NCBI GenBank assembly: GCA_963811915.1
Contig: CAWETC010000033.1
Location: forward strand, 3,632-67,631
Direction of reading: 5' to 3'
Origin: an uncultured Alphaproteobacteria bacterium
GTDB taxonomy: Bacteria > Pseudomonadota > Alphaproteobacteria > Rhizobiales > Xanthobacteraceae
Length of the DNA: 64,000 nucleotides
This document shows positions 56,376 through 64,000 of this stretch, piece by piece. Under the pieces are notes generated by a model. The model made no database searches and was not told where the DNA came from. It worked only from the letters and a program-made list of their open reading frames with translations. Position 1 is the first letter of the stretch. Every line of letters starts with the position of its first letter. The translations under genes were made by a program, and so were the position numbers.

Positions 56376-57968
56376 ATGGACGAGACGTTTCGCGGATTCC
56401 TCGACCAATTACGCCAGGCTGGCGAGTTGGTCGATTTTCATCAACCGATCGACATCCGTCATATCGCGACCCTGGTCGACCAGTCCGACAAGGCTTTGTT
56501 CTTCCACAAGGTCATCGGCTACGACATGCCTGTCGTGTCGGGCATTATCCGCACCCGCGAACGCGCCATGATGGCGATGGGCGCAACCGAATATCTCCAG
56601 ATCGAGGAACGGCTCAAGAAGGGGCTCAATAATCCGATTCCGCCCGAGCGCGTGGCGAGTTCGCCGACGCGCGAGATCGTCATGAAGGGCGACGACGTCG
56701 ATCTCTACAAGCTGCCGATTCCGATGTCGTCGATCTATGACGGCGGTCCGATGATCACCGCTGGTGTCGTCATTGCCCGCGATCCCGAATACGGGATGAA
56801 CACCGGCATTTACCAATTCATGGTCAAGGAAAAGAACCTGACCGGTATCGATATCGTCACGCCCAACAACATGCGGCTGTTCGTTCAGCGGGCATTGGAG
56901 GCGAAGCGGCCTTTGCCGATTTCGATCAGCATCGGAACCCATCCGATCGAGTTGCTGGGCGCCGGTTTCAAGGCGCCGCTCGGCACCGACGAAATGGCGA
57001 TCGCCGGCGGCATTCGCGGCCGGCCGGTCCAATTGGCGGCCTGCGAGACCGTTGATGTTCCCTATCTGGCGGATGCTGAAATCGTTCTGGAGGCCGAGGT
57101 GCTTCCGACGGGCTGGACTCAGCCTGAGGGTCGCTTCGGCGAATTCACCTGGCTGATGGGTGGCCTGCACTGGAATCCGATCGTCCGTGTCAAGGCCGTC
57201 TCGATGCGCCGCGACGCGGTCTATTACTCATTGCATATGCCGTGGGAAAATACCTGGCTGATGGCGCCGACCCGCTATGCCGCGATCCGGCAGGCGTTGC
57301 GCACCGCGAGCGTCGTGGTCAAGGACATCAATATGACGATGGGCGGCGTCACCTTCTGGCACGCTGTCATCTCGATCAAGAAGCAGGCCGGCGACGGCAA
57401 GAACGCACTTCTGGCCGCTCTATCGGTGATGGATATCAAGCACGTCGTCGTTGTCGATGACGATATCGACGTCTTCAATCCTGTCGAAGTCGAATGGGCG
57501 ATTGCGACCCGGGTCCAGGGCGACCGCGACATCATGATCGTCAGCAACGCCCGCGGCAAACCTTTGGATCCCAGTCTCGCGCCGACGCCGCATGGCATCG
57601 TGCCGACTACCGCCAAGGTAGGCATCGATGCGACGATCTCCGAGGGAATTCCCAAGGAGCGCTTTGAGCGCATCACCTACGCCTACGCCGACACCGCCAA
57701 GATATCAGACTATATTGGCGGCAAGGCCGATCGCGAGGCGAAGAAGGCATCCTCTGAGGTCATCGGTAAACTTGCCGAAGAGATCGCCGCCGTCCTCGAG
57801 AAGACGCCGCTGTACTTCACCGACGTCGCCGAGCGTTTCTCAAATTATGAGTTCAATGCGGTAGCGCGGGCGATCGGCCTTTTGCATGAAAAGGAAAGAT
57901 TATGGCAGGATCCCAAGGGCTGTCTCTGCCTTCGCAATTCGGCCTTCGCCGCCAAGCTACCGAACTGA
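56376..57968 (+). CDS. UbiD-family (prFMN-dependent) decarboxylase with ~90-aa C-terminal extension
   Basis: FRGFLDQLRQAGELV, ALFFHKVIGYDMPVV, GIYQFMV, EGRFGEFTWLMGG, HVVVVDDDIDVFNP. Extra tail EVIGKLAEEIAAVLEKTPLYFTDVAERFSNYEFNAVARAIGLLHEKERL. Confidence 0.9.
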   Translation: MDETFRGFLDQLRQAGELVDFHQPIDIRHIATLVDQSDKALFFHKVIGYDMPVVSGIIRTRERAMMAMGATEYLQIEERLKKGLNNPIPPERVASSPTREIVMKGDDVDLYKLPIPMSSIYDGGPMITAGVVIARDPEYGMNTGIYQFMVKEKNLTGIDIVTPNNMRLFVQRALEAKRPLPISISIGTHPIELLGAGFKAPLGTDEMAIAGGIRGRPVQLAACETVDVPYLADAEIVLEAEVLPTGWTQPEGRFGEFTWLMGGLHWNPIVRVKAVSMRRDAVYYSLHMPWENTWLMAPTRYAAIRQALRTASVVVKDINMTMGGVTFWHAVISIKKQAGDGKNALLAALSVMDIKHVVVVDDDIDVFNPVEVEWAIATRVQGDRDIMIVSNARGKPLDPSLAPTPHGIVPTTAKVGIDATISEGIPKERFERITYAYADTAKISDYIGGKADREAKKASSEVIGKLAEEIAAVLEKTPLYFTDVAERFSNYEFNAVARAIGLLHEKERLWQDPKGCLCLRNSAFAAKLPN

Positions 57969-57981
57969 CGCTGGTGTGGGC

Positions 57982-58959
57982 ATGAAAGGATTGCAGGGCC
58001 GCCTGAACTTCCGTCTTGCCTCTCTCGTGATTTGTGCGTGGAGCATGATGGCGTCGTATGCGGTGCCGGCATCCGCGGAGACGATGCTTCACATCGCCTC
58101 GGCCCAGCTATCGATTGCGTCAATCCCCGTCGTGGTCGCGATCCAGCAAAAGCTGTTCCAGGCTGAGGGGATTAACGCCGAGATCGTCGATTTCGACGGA
58201 GGCGGACCCGCCGTGCAAGCTTTGGCAGGGGGCGGCGTCGATCTGTGCATCTGTGCCGGCGATCATGCGATGCGGCTGGCCAGTCGCGGGCTTGGCGGTG
58301 CGGTTTTGGTGGCCCTGCTCGACAAGCATCCCTATTCGCTGCTGGCGCCGATCGGATCGCCGGCGACCGATCTGAAAAGCCTGCGCGGCAAACCGGTTGG
58401 CATCACGTCGCCCGGCAGCCTCACCGACAATACGCTTCGCTTCACGATACGGAAGCTTGGCCTCAATCCGGACAGCGATTACGAGATCATTGCCGCTGGA
58501 ACCGGAGGGGCCATGCGCGCCGCGCTCGACACCGGCTCTGTCGCCGCCGGCATGTTCACGACACCAGATGTTCAAGCCTATATGGCCACGGGAAAATACA
58601 AGTTCGTCGCGGATTTCCGCGACCTCGATTATATGGCGCTCGATCTTGTCGTCGTCGGCAGCTGGCTGAAGGCCAATGATGCCACCGCGCATGCCGTGGC
58701 GCGTGCCATCGTCAAGGCCGAGAAGCTCATTCAGACGGACCAGAAGGTCGTGCAGGCCGCCGTCCATGAACGGTTTCCCACGCTATCGCCGGACCTCGTC
58801 GTGACGGTCGCCAGGGATGCGGCCGAGCGCAGCCTGTCGCATGACGGGCACGCGCAGGAGGCGGGATTCAAGACCGCGCTGGAGATGCTGCGGGTGGCCG
58901 ACCCGACCGTGAAAGAACTCAACTATCGGGACGTCGTCGCGTTGCGCTACCTGCCTTGA
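57982..58959 (+). CDS. ABC transporter substrate-binding protein (NMT1/SsuA-like)
   Basis: Signal LASLVICAWSMMASYAVPASA. The family call rests on operon context with the permease and ATPase. Confidence 0.78.
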   Translation: MKGLQGRLNFRLASLVICAWSMMASYAVPASAETMLHIASAQLSIASIPVVVAIQQKLFQAEGINAEIVDFDGGGPAVQALAGGGVDLCICAGDHAMRLASRGLGGAVLVALLDKHPYSLLAPIGSPATDLKSLRGKPVGITSPGSLTDNTLRFTIRKLGLNPDSDYEIIAAGTGGAMRAALDTGSVAAGMFTTPDVQAYMATGKYKFVADFRDLDYMALDLVVVGSWLKANDATAHAVARAIVKAEKLIQTDQKVVQAAVHERFPTLSPDLVVTVARDAAERSLSHDGHAQEAGFKTALEMLRVADPTVKELNYRDVVALRYLP

Positions 58960-58988
58960 ACCGAATGACCCTATGACCGATCCCGTCA

Positions 58989-59790
58989 TTGCCGATGAAA
59001 TTCTTGCGCCGGGCAGACCGGTGCGTGACGGCATTGACGTTTCAGCCTTTATCTGGCGCTTGGTCACTGGTCATAGGTTTGCTGCTGATCTGGGAATTTG
59101 CCGCAGGACATCTGTTCAACGAATTCTGGAGCAGCCGGCCAAGCCTGATTGGCGCAGAAGATCCTCGCGATGTTGAAAAGCGGCGAGATATGGCGGCATG
59201 TCGGCGCCACGGTTTCGGAGGCCTTGCTCGGACTTTTCCTGGGCGCCATCGTCGGGACGCCGATCGGCATCGCGCTGGCGCATTACCGGCGCGCCGCCAA
59301 GATCGTCGATCCCTTCGTGATGGGTCTTTACGGGCTGCCGCGTGTGGCGCTCGCGCCGATGTTCATCCTGTGGTTCGGCATCAGCCTCTTTTCCAAGGTC
59401 ATGATGTCGTTTTCCATGGTGGTGTTCGTTTTCATTCTCAATGTCACCGAGGGCATTCGCACCGTCGATCCGGATATGGTCGACCTGATGCGCACGATGC
59501 GTGCGCCGCGGTCCTACATCATGCGCAAGGTGACGATCCCTTCCATCGTGCCGTGGCTCATTGCATCCTTTCGCATCGGCATCGGGCTGTCGCTGGTGGG
59601 CGCGGTGGTCGGCGAACTGATCGGCGCCAATCGCGGGCTCGGCTGGTACGTGGTGCGGGCCGGGGGCCAGCTCGATACCACCGGCGTGTTCGCGGGCCTG
59701 TTTCTCCTGATGCTGCTTGCGATGATCGCCAACCAGATCATCTTCATGATCGAACAAAGGGCGCTGCACTGGCGTCGCGGGACACGATGA
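58989..59790 (+). pseudogene. ABC transporter permease with a single frameshift near 59148 (possibly a sequence error)
   Basis: TM1 AWSLVIGLLLIWEFAAGHLFNEFWSSRPSLI is in one frame. The rest (AQKILAMLKSGEIWRHVGATVSEALLGLFLG...) is in the frame of ORF 59149-59790. Confidence 0.8.
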
Positions 59791-60566
59791 TGACCGCGAC
59801 CAACGCGCCGCGCATTCTGCTGGATAATGTCTCGGTTTCCTACGAGACCTCGCGTGGCCGCTTGCGGGTCGTCGATCGCGTCAGCCTCGCGGTCGACAAG
59901 GCCGAATTCGTTGTGCTGGTCGGACCGAGCGGCAGCGGCAAGTCGACCATCCTGCGTGCGATCGCGGGTCTCAACGCCGCCGAGAGCGGGACCATCACCG
60001 TCGACGGCAAAATAGTCGATGGACCGCCCGAGCATATCGGCTTCATGTTCCAAAAGGATACGCTGCTGCCCTGGCAGACGGTGCGTGAAAATATCGAAGT
60101 CGGGCTTGCTTTGGCGGGCGTTCCCGCCGCGCAGTGGACACAACGCATTGCTGATTTGCTGGCGCTATTGCGCCTTTCCGAATTTCGCGACGCCTATCCG
60201 GCCCAATTATCCGGCGGCATGCGCCATCGCGTTTCGCTGGGGCGTATGCTGGCCTATCAGCCCGCCGTGATGCTGATGGATGAACCATTTGGCGCGCTTG
60301 ATTTCCAGACCAAGGCGGTGATGGGACGCGAGTTGCTGCGCATCTGGGAAGCGGAGCGGCGCAGCATCCTGTTCGTCACCCACGACATCGAGGAGGCGGT
60401 TGCCCTTGCGGATCGGGTTCTGGTGTTTTCGCCACGGCCGGCCCGCATCGTTGCCGAACACCGGATTGATCTGCCGCGGCCCCGAAACCTGCGCGCGTTG
60501 CGCGGAAGTCCGGATTTTAGCGCCTATACGCGCGAGATTTGGGAAGCGCTTGGCGACGGCGACTAA
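59787..60566 (+). CDS. ABC transporter ATP-binding protein
   Basis: GPSGSGKST, LSGGMRHRVSLGR, MLMDEPFGALD. ATGA overlap with the permease stop. Confidence 0.92.
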   Translation: MMTATNAPRILLDNVSVSYETSRGRLRVVDRVSLAVDKAEFVVLVGPSGSGKSTILRAIAGLNAAESGTITVDGKIVDGPPEHIGFMFQKDTLLPWQTVRENIEVGLALAGVPAAQWTQRIADLLALLRLSEFRDAYPAQLSGGMRHRVSLGRMLAYQPAVMLMDEPFGALDFQTKAVMGRELLRIWEAERRSILFVTHDIEEAVALADRVLVFSPRPARIVAEHRIDLPRPRNLRALRGSPDFSAYTREIWEALGDGD

Positions 60567-60568
60567 AC

Positions 60569-60673
60569 CCGAGCCTTGCCGGTTCTGACTGAATCAGAAC
60601 CGAGGCTCTAATCTTTTGTTTTGACGCGTTTTCTTCACGCGAACCGGTATCCACTTCGCTCGAAAACGCTCTA
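60569..60673 (+). repeat. repeat family A (MITE-like)
   Basis: ccGAGCCttgccGGTTCTGActgaATCAGAACCgaGGCTCtaatcttttgttttgacgcgttttcttcacgcgaaccggtatccacttcgctcgaaaacGCTCTA. The last 3 nt (cta) are the TAG stop of the minus-strand gene 60671-61510. Confidence 0.85.
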
Positions 60674-61510
60674 GCGGTCGCCATGAAACTCAAACAGAGT
60701 GTTGAGAAACGGCACCCGCAAAGCCATGGAATGCTCGCCCGCACTCGAACGTAGTTCGGGCAGAGGTGCTGCGAGATCGCGGATGCGACCGATGTCGGTC
60801 GTCTTGAACCCGATCGCGCCGAAGAAGCTGTTGCGGCCATCGGCCTCGACGCAGAGTTCGCCGTAGCGTTCGAGATATCGCGCGGGCGAAAGCAGCGTGA
60901 TGCGAAAGGCGTCAACGAGATCAATCGTCCAGACGTCGCTGGCTCGTTTTTCCGCGGGCGCCTGGGCGGCCTTGGCATACCGCGAAACGTCGGTCTCCAT
61001 CGCGGCAGTCACCACCACCAGTTCGCTGAGACCATTGCAACCATTGGCGTGCGTCATCCATTCGCGGCGCCAGACCAGTTCCGGGGTGTAGTGCTGGCAG
61101 TAATAGACCCGTCCCGCCTCGAAAAGCTCCGGCGCGGTCCGGGTCGTCCGGAACCGCGCGAGTTGCTCGACGCCGTCGATGGTCACCGGTCGCGAGAAAC
61201 TCTGCGGCTCCAGCATGGTGAGGCCGCTATCCCGCAACTGGCGGATACAGGCGTCAATGTCACTTGCCTGAAAAACCAGTCCGTTCAGACCGCGCGGGCT
61301 TTCAAGGACGTCGCGGCGCAAGACGTCCGTCTGCAACGGCAGGCCGACCAGTTCCAGATAGTGACCTTCGAACACCATCAAATGGTTGATCGAGCCAAGC
61401 GAGTGATAGCCGCGCGGTGTCAGCGTGAACCCAAGTTGCGACATCAGCGCCGCGGCGCGGTCCGTGTCGAACAGCGCGTTGATCACCACATGGTCAAGTG
61501 CGAAGGTCAT
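60671..61510 (-). CDS. VOC (glyoxalase/bleomycin resistance-like) family protein, two-domain
   Basis: LDHVVINA..., GSINHLMVFEGHYLELVG, glyoxalase-like fold pattern. Weak assignment. Confidence 0.65.
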   Translation of the reverse strand: MTFALDHVVINALFDTDRAAALMSQLGFTLTPRGYHSLGSINHLMVFEGHYLELVGLPLQTDVLRRDVLESPRGLNGLVFQASDIDACIRQLRDSGLTMLEPQSFSRPVTIDGVEQLARFRTTRTAPELFEAGRVYYCQHYTPELVWRREWMTHANGCNGLSELVVVTAAMETDVSRYAKAAQAPAEKRASDVWTIDLVDAFRITLLSPARYLERYGELCVEADGRNSFFGAIGFKTTDIGRIRDLAAPLPELRSSAGEHSMALRVPFLNTLFEFHGDR

Positions 61511-61566
61511 CGGGGTCGATCCCGTGTAATTTCATGAATGAGATCATCCTGCTCCGCGCGCTTCAA

Positions 61567-62301
61567 TCAGTCTTTCGAGGAGAGCACGACAGACAACAAG
61601 GTTGAGGCGTACCGGGCGGCGGCGTGCGGATCCATATGCGGCGCTGTCGCGAGATATTCCTTGACTGCTGCAAGAGCCGGTCGGCCGCGATCCGTCAGCC
61701 TCGCCAGCGTGGCAGCGACCGCAGAATCGAGCTTTTCCGCCGGGACCACTTCGCTGAGGAAGCCCAGTTCCAGGGCTTCAGCCGCTCCGATTTTTGCCCT
61801 GGTGTAGATCAGGTGCATGAGACGCTTGGGTGGCACCTTGCCGAGGACGGCCGAGATGGCGAGGGTTGGTGGCAGGTTCGTGTCCATTTCTGGCAGCGAA
61901 AACAGCGCCGTCGCGGCTGCAATCGATAGATCGCATTGGCCGACCATCGCACAGCCGAACCCCCGTGCCTCGCCCTGCACGACGGCTATAACGGGGACCG
62001 GTGTTGCGCGGATATCGGCGTAAAGGTCCAGAATAGGTTGCGTGACGCCGGTTCTCATTGCCAGCGCGCTCTTGGGTTTCGCCGAAGCGGGGCCCGGGTC
62101 CCTGCCGAGACAAAAATGCTCTCCTTGCGCACGAAGAATAAGGGCCTTGACGGTCGGATCGGCGCCGCTCTCGCGAATGGCTTGTCCCAGCGCGGCGACA
62201 TCTTCCGTCATGAGGCGATTGCCTTGATCCGGGCGGCTCAGCGTTATGGTGATTGTGAAGTTGGTTTCGTCGCGGCTTACGAAAAACGGGGCGCTTTCCA
62301 T
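61567..62301 (-). CDS. enoyl-CoA hydratase/isomerase (crotonase) family
   Basis: ITLSRPDQGNRL, ALILRAQGEHFCLGRD, VIAVVQGEARGFGCAMVGQCDLSIA. ATG at 62301 is preceded by AAAGGA. Confidence 0.85.
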   Translation of the reverse strand: MESAPFFVSRDETNFTITITLSRPDQGNRLMTEDVAALGQAIRESGADPTVKALILRAQGEHFCLGRDPGPASAKPKSALAMRTGVTQPILDLYADIRATPVPVIAVVQGEARGFGCAMVGQCDLSIAAATALFSLPEMDTNLPPTLAISAVLGKVPPKRLMHLIYTRAKIGAAEALELGFLSEVVPAEKLDSAVAATLARLTDRGRPALAAVKEYLATAPHMDPHAAARYASTLLSVVLSSKD

Positions 62302-62367
62302 CGTCGTCCTTTCGGGGGATGTGGCTTTGAGCAGGAATGCCTTAGGCAGCATTGCGCAGTCGCGCAA

Positions 62368-62907
62368 TCAGCTCTTGATTGTGTTGCGGACGCCATGAAG
62401 CAGGACCTTGAGACCGGAGATCGGTTTCACGGAATCCTGCGCTTCGCTTTCGTCCTGAGGTCCGAGCTGGGCCGCGAAGTTGCGGGCAAACTCGTTCATG
62501 ATCACCTGGGCAGTGTTCTGGATCAACGCCGCTCCGCGCCCGTATTGGGCGATCGAACCGGCCAATTGGACATCGGTGTCGACAAGCACGCGGGTGCCTT
62601 CAGGAGCGCTCGCAAGAGCGAACGCTACGTTCGCCTGCGCGGTTCCTCTCGCCTTGGTTTCGGAGCCGCTCGCTTCCGCCATGACGCGATGATTAGCCTC
62701 ATCGACTTCCTTGTAAATCAGCTTGCCCTTGAAGTTGAGGAGCACGGGGCCAAGCCGGACCGAGATCGTGCCGACATAGGCGCCATTCTCGCCTTGTTCC
62801 AGCAACTGCGCGCCAGGCGCGCAGCGCGCAATGCGCGGAACATCGTTTAACATCGTCCAAGCCTCGGCAGGCGGAACAGGGACGGTAAACTCGTTATGAA
62901 TTTTCAT
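62368..62907 (-). CDS. CoxG-like SRPBCC family protein
   Basis: MKIHNEFTVPVPPAEAWTMLNDVPRIARCAPGAQL, typical CoxG N-terminus. Confidence 0.85.
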   Translation of the reverse strand: MKIHNEFTVPVPPAEAWTMLNDVPRIARCAPGAQLLEQGENGAYVGTISVRLGPVLLNFKGKLIYKEVDEANHRVMAEASGSETKARGTAQANVAFALASAPEGTRVLVDTDVQLAGSIAQYGRGAALIQNTAQVIMNEFARNFAAQLGPQDESEAQDSVKPISGLKVLLHGVRNTIKS

Positions 62908-62939
62908 GATGGATCCTTTTTTTGCCCGGTGCTCCGAAG

Positions 62940-64000
62940 CTATGCGACGTGCTCTTCATACGCGCCGGCGCGTTGAAGCGCCTGGACGACGCGGTCGGGC
63001 ATCAGCGGCGTTTCGGTGAAGCGAACGCCGAACGATGACAGCGCATTCTCGGCCGCAGCGATAATGGCGGCGGCAGCGGGAATGGTCCCGCCTTCGCCCG
63101 CGCCCTTCACGCCAATTGGATTCAACGGCGAGGGCGTCTCGACGTGAGCAATGGCACAGATCGGGACGTCGGTGGCCATCGGGAGCAGATAGTCTGCGAA
63201 AGTCGTGGTGAGCGGCTGGGCATTCTCGTCATACTGCATCCATTCGAGCAGTGCGTTGCCGATGCCGTGAGCGACACCGCCTTGCACCTGTCCATCGACG
63301 ATCATCGGGTTGATGACGTTGCCGCAATCGTGCGCGACCGAGTAGTTGAGGATTTTGATGGCTCCGGTGCCGACGTCCACTTCAACCTCCACCACATGCG
63401 TTCCGCTGCAGTAGGAAGCCTGTGTCGGCGTGAAATACGCGGTATGTTCGAGGCCGACCGGATGATCGGCATCCATGGAAAATCCAGGCATCCCCTGCGC
63501 GGCGCGCGAGAGGTCTCCGAAGGACACGGTCGGACGATTGCCGCCGCGCCCTATCGCTTTGCCGTCCTCCAGATCGATTTCGCTTTCGGGTACCCCAAGC
63601 GCCCGCGATGCCATCTTCAATATTGAAGCGCGCACATGGTCGCCCGCGATGGACGCCGAAGAGCCTGCGTTTACCGCGAGGCGGCTCGCGAAAGCGCCGA
63701 CGCCATTGGCAATTCCTGCCGTATCGCCGATCGTGACCACCACATCCTCGATCCGGCAGCCGACGCGATCGGCAACGATTTGTGCAAGCGTGGTCCGTGT
63801 CCCCTGTCCCTGGCTCGTCGCCCCTGACGTAACCCGCACCCTGCCGTCCGGCAGGATACGTACGGTCACGCCCTCGAACGGGCCCAGGCCGGTTCCCTCG
63901 ACATAGGAGGCGACGCCGATGCCGATGAAGCGCCCGTTGGCCTTCGCGGCAGCCTGTCGCGCCGGAAAATCCGCATAACCGGCGAGTTTCAACGCGGCAT
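62940..64000 (-). CDS. xanthine dehydrogenase/aldehyde oxidase family molybdopterin-binding large subunit, C-terminal part (gene continues beyond window)
   Basis: VAHDCGNVINPMIVDGQVQGGVAHGIGNALLE, NPIGVKGAGEGGTIPAAAAI. The ORF is open to the right edge. Confidence 0.88.
   Translation of the reverse strand, partial: AALKLAGYADFPARQAAAKANGRFIGIGVASYVEGTGLGPFEGVTVRILPDGRVRVTSGATSQGQGTRTTLAQIVADRVGCRIEDVVVTIGDTAGIANGVGAFASRLAVNAGSSASIAGDHVRASILKMASRALGVPESEIDLEDGKAIGRGGNRPTVSFGDLSRAAQGMPGFSMDADHPVGLEHTAYFTPTQASYCSGTHVVEVEVDVGTGAIKILNYSVAHDCGNVINPMIVDGQVQGGVAHGIGNALLEWMQYDENAQPLTTTFADYLLPMATDVPICAIAHVETPSPLNPIGVKGAGEGGTIPAAAAIIAAAENALSSFGVRFTETPLMPDRVVQALQRAGAYEEHVA

Noticed and set aside
1-64000. 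Search for CRISPR arrays, rRNA, intact IS/transposases, reverse transcriptases (retron/DGR) and known defence genes
   Set aside because: I saw no regularly spaced direct repeats, no rRNA-like stretches, no DDE or RT motifs in any ORF, and no nuclease/ATPase pairs typical of defence systems.

Overview
High-GC (about 63%) alphaproteobacterial chromosome segment with Bradyrhizobiaceae hallmarks: dapD, argB and engB-yidC-rnpA-rpmH synteny, plus many GC-rich REP hairpins. Layout: (i) 1-4.3 kb is an indel-dense tract holding a MazF-like toxin, a uvrC-like gene and a GT2 glycosyltransferase, all split over several frames. (ii) 4.1-13.9 kb is an intact housekeeping block. (iii) tRNA-Arg(ACG) at 14038-14114 is followed by a roughly 17 kb island-like segment. 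It carries integrase and serine-recombinase fragments, a low-GC orphan membrane gene, two arylsulfatases with FGE and a secreted HAD hydrolase, a class III cyclase, and a sensor kinase with two response regulators. It is closed at 31241-31290 by an 80%-identical relic of the tRNA 3' half. (iv) 29.4-36 kb has three paralogous wHTH-TPR regulators, one decayed, interleaved with small accessory genes including an MddA-like methyltransferase. (v) 37.9-50.5 kb has a DEAD-box helicase, hydrolases, a rhodanese, RidA, an ABC importer, a TctC-type binding protein and a racemase. (vi) 50.9-64 kb is a catabolic cluster built around a UbiX/UbiD (prFMN) decarboxylase pair with a CoA ligase, thioesterase, MDR reductase, second ABC importer, crotonase, CoxG and a molybdopterin hydroxylase. 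It resembles the furoate/FDCA (hmf) pathway, and its UbiX is fused to a DUF2390-like domain. A roughly 104-nt MITE-like repeat with terminal TAGAGC inverted repeats occurs five times, and in the four full copies it lies at or next to stop codons. I saw no rRNA, CRISPR array, intact transposase, reverse transcriptase or recognisable phage-defence genes, and no convincing undescribed multi-gene system. The best candidates for follow-up are the UbiX-DUF2390 fusion and its cluster, the tRNA-Arg island, and the stop-codon-associated repeat family. Everything rests on reading the sequence and ORF translations by eye. No database search was run.
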